Below are positions 61,126-64,000 of a DNA stretch of 64,000 nucleotides, piece by piece. Under the pieces are notes generated by a model. The model saw only the letters and a list, made by a program, of their open reading frames with translations. It searched no databases and had not been told where the DNA came from. Position 1 is the stretch's first letter; each line of letters starts with the position of its first letter. The DNA is from Gemmatimonadales bacterium (GTDB lineage: Bacteria > Gemmatimonadota > Gemmatimonadetes > Gemmatimonadales > GWC2-71-9): positions 242,260 to 306,259 of the forward strand of contig JBFGJG010000001.1 of the NCBI GenBank assembly GCA_041577295.1, given 5' to 3'. The position numbers and the translations under genes were made by a program.

Positions 61126-61217
61126 GAAAGAAGGCTCCCGGCAGGAGGTTCTCCGTACCTTCGTAGGATGGACGCACTGAGTCAACCGCACTAGGGAAGG
61201 CTAGAGGGAACCCGCCA

Positions 61218-62549
61218 CTACTTTATCAACAGAATTCTCCTGATCACCGGGTAAAGCCACTCAATCCCACGTTCGGTGACGATCGCGTCGTCTTCGAGGG
61301 GAATGCGCACCTTCGCTCCCCCCCACTCCGGAGCTTTCGTATAGGCGAAGAACTCGATCGAAAACAAGTTGGTGGGTTTGATCTGATACTTCATGCGCTC
61401 TGGATTGAAGAACGCGATGGAAGGACCGATTCCATGGCCCGTGTTGCCGACCGAATGGGAGCCAACCACCACGTCTGTGCGGTCCTCGGTGGTCGGTTGG
61501 TTGAACTCGATGATGCCAAACCCTTCCTCCTCGAGACGACGATTGATGAGGTGCCAGGTCTCACCGGCGGTCGGGCCCGCTTTGATGGTCGCCTTGACGA
61601 TCTCTCGCACGGCGAGCGCCCGCTCGAACGCGTGCTGAATACCCGGTGGAGCGGTGGTTTCACCCTCACGTAACACGTACGCGATGCGCTTCACGTCCGT
61701 GCAGAAGTTCAGGTAGCACACCCCCCAATCGATCATTAGGAGATCCCCGCGCTGAATGATGCGGTCGGTCGAGACCGCCTCGATTCCAGTGGGTCCCGTC
61801 ACGTAGACGGATGGCATGTCGAACGACGAGCCCAGCCCTCGGGTAAGCAGCTGGTCCCACATCCACCACGCCACGTCTTCGAGCGTGGTCTCGCCGGGTG
61901 TGATGACTTCGTTCGAAAACGCCCGCTCAGCGATGGTGCGTGACATCTCGCCGGCTTCGCCAAACGCGACGATCTCGGATGCCACGCGGCGCGACCGGAA
62001 ATCGGATATCAGTTTTTCGGCCGAGACAAGGCGCGTGGCATACGGTTCAGCCAACGTCTCTACGAGGTGTTGGTACCCCGTGTGTGAGAGCCCGTCAGCT
62101 GCGCCGATGGCGGCTGACATGTTGACGCCGATGCGTCGAGGATTACGCTCGGTGACAAACGCCCGCAGGTCGAAGTTGCCGCTGATAACCTCGTCGTAGA
62201 CGCCACACTGCTCGAGCATGTAGCCACCCACGCCTGCGGCAACTCGCTCGACACGGTCGTTACCGCGGTCACTGAAAATGTAGTACGCGCTACCGCCCAC
62301 GTAGCCACGTCCCAGGTCCTCCCACAGCGGATCGAGAAGACCCTCTTTCATCATGGTGATCCACATATCGATGCCGTTCTCCCTCATCGCCTCGGGGAGA
62401 ATCCGGTCGAATTTTTCTGCGCGAATCTGACACAACCGCTCCCACCGCTGACGCGCTTCCTGCGCATCTGCCGAGAGGGGCGGCATGGACAGGACGAGCA
62501 CGGCCATTGTGAACACACGGGTCATGAGATGTGGACGCGGACGAACCAT
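61218..62549 (-). CDS. Secreted M24 metallopeptidase
   Basis: Signal peptide; metal ligands in DWGVCYLNFCTD, HSVG..GHG, SIEF and LEDD. Confidence 0.85.
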   Translation of the reverse strand: MVRPRPHLMTRVFTMAVLVLSMPPLSADAQEARQRWERLCQIRAEKFDRILPEAMRENGIDMWITMMKEGLLDPLWEDLGRGYVGGSAYYIFSDRGNDRVERVAAGVGGYMLEQCGVYDEVISGNFDLRAFVTERNPRRIGVNMSAAIGAADGLSHTGYQHLVETLAEPYATRLVSAEKLISDFRSRRVASEIVAFGEAGEMSRTIAERAFSNEVITPGETTLEDVAWWMWDQLLTRGLGSSFDMPSVYVTGPTGIEAVSTDRIIQRGDLLMIDWGVCYLNFCTDVKRIAYVLREGETTAPPGIQHAFERALAVREIVKATIKAGPTAGETWHLINRRLEEEGFGIIEFNQPTTEDRTDVVVGSHSVGNTGHGIGPSIAFFNPERMKYQIKPTNLFSIEFFAYTKAPEWGGAKVRIPLEDDAIVTERGIEWLYPVIRRILLIK

Positions 62550-62694
62550 CGGCTGCTCCGTGAGTGTGCCAAGCTGAGAATCTACCTCCACGGTCACTCG
62601 CGCGCCGGGCGCTCCTTCATGCTGGTCCGGCGTTTTCCCACAGAGTAAGTTCCCACCCAAGCACTACCCATTACGACGCCTTGCACGAGGTACT

Positions 62695-63075
62695 GTGGAG
62701 GTCATCGAGCGTTTCAACAAGGTGGTGGATCTAGCGCGTGATCTCGGCGACCCATCGCTGAAACAAGCGCTGATCGACGTCCGAGCCGAACTCAAGAAGC
62801 TGCTGACCGAGAACCAGCGGCTCAAAGAGGAGGTGCGGACGCTCCGGGAGAGTCTCGATGATCGAGCGCGTGCGGCGTCCAGGGAGAATCGCGTCAAGTT
62901 CGAGCGGGGCGCCTACTGGCTGATGGAGGAAAACGGAGTACTGCGCGGTCCCATGTGCCGCCGCTGCTGGGAGTCCAAACAGGCCCTTGAACGGCTTGGC
63001 CAGCAGACACCGTTTTTCTACACGTGTTCTAAGTGTGGGGCCGTTGCACGGCTCCCAGGAGTCCGTCCCGCGTGA
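62695..63075 (+). CDS. Coiled-coil plus zinc-ribbon hypothetical protein
   Basis: Heptad region LLTENQRLKEEVRTL; GPMCRRCWE...CSKC. Confidence 0.65.
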   Translation: MEVIERFNKVVDLARDLGDPSLKQALIDVRAELKKLLTENQRLKEEVRTLRESLDDRARAASRENRVKFERGAYWLMEENGVLRGPMCRRCWESKQALERLGQQTPFFYTCSKCGAVARLPGVRPA

Positions 63076-63122
63076 CCCCCTGATCATCGTCGACTCCGAC
63101 GGTGTTCCCCGTGAAACACAAG

Positions 63123-63138
63123 TGTGATCCTCGTCACA
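63123..63138. promoter_or_regulatory. TGTGA-N6-TCACA box 1 (CRP/FNR-type)
   Basis: TGTGA-TCCTCG-TCACA. Confidence 0.65.
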
Positions 63139-63235
63139 ACGCTCTGGCGGGCCGCACGACCCAAAGACGAATCGTCGTCTCGGCGCACCGGCCGCGCTGC
63201 ACGTGGCTAGGCATTTCGCCACAAGGGTGCAACAG

Positions 63236-63251
63236 TGTGACTGCAGTCACA
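63236..63251. promoter_or_regulatory. TGTGA-N6-TCACA box 2 (CRP/FNR-type)
   Basis: TGTGA-CTGCAG-TCACA, a perfect 16-bp palindrome. Confidence 0.7.
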
Positions 63252-63308
63252 AAGCCCGTAACCCACTCACCAGGTATCACTTTCATTGCTCGTGGTCCGC
63301 ATTTCACC

Positions 63309-63324
63309 GGGCACCTCTCTTGCA
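63309..63324 (+). promoter_or_regulatory. Sigma54 (-24/-12) promoter
   Basis: GGGCACCTCTCTTGCA (GG-N10-GC), 34 nt before the ATG at 63358. Confidence 0.6.
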
Positions 63325-63357
63325 ACTCGGTAGCGGCACAAGGACCACACGGAGCAA

Positions 63358-64000
63358 ATGCCCATGTTGAAGGTCACTCATCACCCACAGTGGGTGGAGC
63401 GGTTGGACGAGGCGCTGGAGCCTCTCCAACAGGAGATCCTCGATCTTCCGGTGGTGAGCGAGGCCTCGCACAATAGGCTCGACGAGATCGCTATCCGGAA
63501 CTTCTGCGTCGAGTTCTATCCGATCGTGCGTGACTTCCCGTATTGGCTAGAAGTTCTATTCAAGCGGTCTCCACCACCCGGGCGGTCGTTCTTCCGCGAC
63601 CACATTCGACTCGGGCGCCGTCACACCGCGATGTGGCGAGCGATGGGTGATGGTTTTGGTGTGCCGCTGGAATGCTTCGAGGGATACATCCCCTCAAATC
63701 CAACGGTCAACGGCTTCCACAACTTTCTCACGGACATTGGAGCCAACGGACCTTTCGCGAGCGCCGTCGCCGCGACCAACTACGCAGTCGAAGGCGTAGC
63801 CCAACGCATCGCCACGAAGGCGCTGGAGGGACAGCAGCACAACCAGCGTCTCGGGAAGTGCGGACGCCAGTGGCTCGAAGAGCACGCACGGTACGATGAT
63901 GAACATCCGATCCTGGCGATGGAGCTGATCAAGGCGTGCGTCACGGACGCCAATGGCCAGTTCCATCATGTGCAGGACTGCGCGCTCCGGAGCCTCGAGA
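63358..64000 (+). CDS. UndA-like heme-oxygenase-fold diiron enzyme (TenA/PqqC superfamily), runs off the window
   Basis: Own translation: MPMLKVTHHPQWVERL...FYPIVRDFPYW...AATNYAVEG...WLEEHARYDDEHP. GGAG RBS; no stop before 64000. Confidence 0.8.
   Translation, partial: MPMLKVTHHPQWVERLDEALEPLQQEILDLPVVSEASHNRLDEIAIRNFCVEFYPIVRDFPYWLEVLFKRSPPPGRSFFRDHIRLGRRHTAMWRAMGDGFGVPLECFEGYIPSNPTVNGFHNFLTDIGANGPFASAVAATNYAVEGVAQRIATKALEGQQHNQRLGKCGRQWLEEHARYDDEHPILAMELIKACVTDANGQFHHVQDCALRSLE

Overview
GC-rich bacterial chromosomal segment. The kinase-TPR protein, ADOP permease and many secreted peptidases resemble Gemmatimonadota, but that assignment is inference. Positions 5-9101 (minus strand) hold a housekeeping run: tyrA-aroA-cmk-rpsA-pccB-accC-rlmD-like. 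Directly upstream on the same strand is an ~19 kb biosynthetic operon behind a sigma54-type promoter. It encodes a type II thioesterase, a sulfotransferase, a histidine-ammonia-lyase-class MIO enzyme, three NRPSs (4 modules, no TE), a pair of atypical alpha/beta hydrolases and an Sfp-type PPTase that apparently starts at CTG. One A domain has lost its amine-binding aspartates and follows a C domain lacking the catalytic His, which fits loading of an amino-free acid such as urocanate. The rest is accessory and catabolic: M16, M24, M55 and M48 peptidases, D-aminoacylase, ATP-grasp, multicopper oxidase, Wzi, arsR-arsM, beta-carbonic anhydrase, tRNA-Leu(UAA) and gene remnants. Two elements stand out. 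One is an intergenic array of 12 AAGCTT-core units phased at 21 bp. The other is an UndA-like diiron gene at the right edge, missed by the ORF track, preceded by two perfect TGTGA-N6-TCACA boxes and a sigma54-type promoter. All family assignments come from motif recognition, not database searches.
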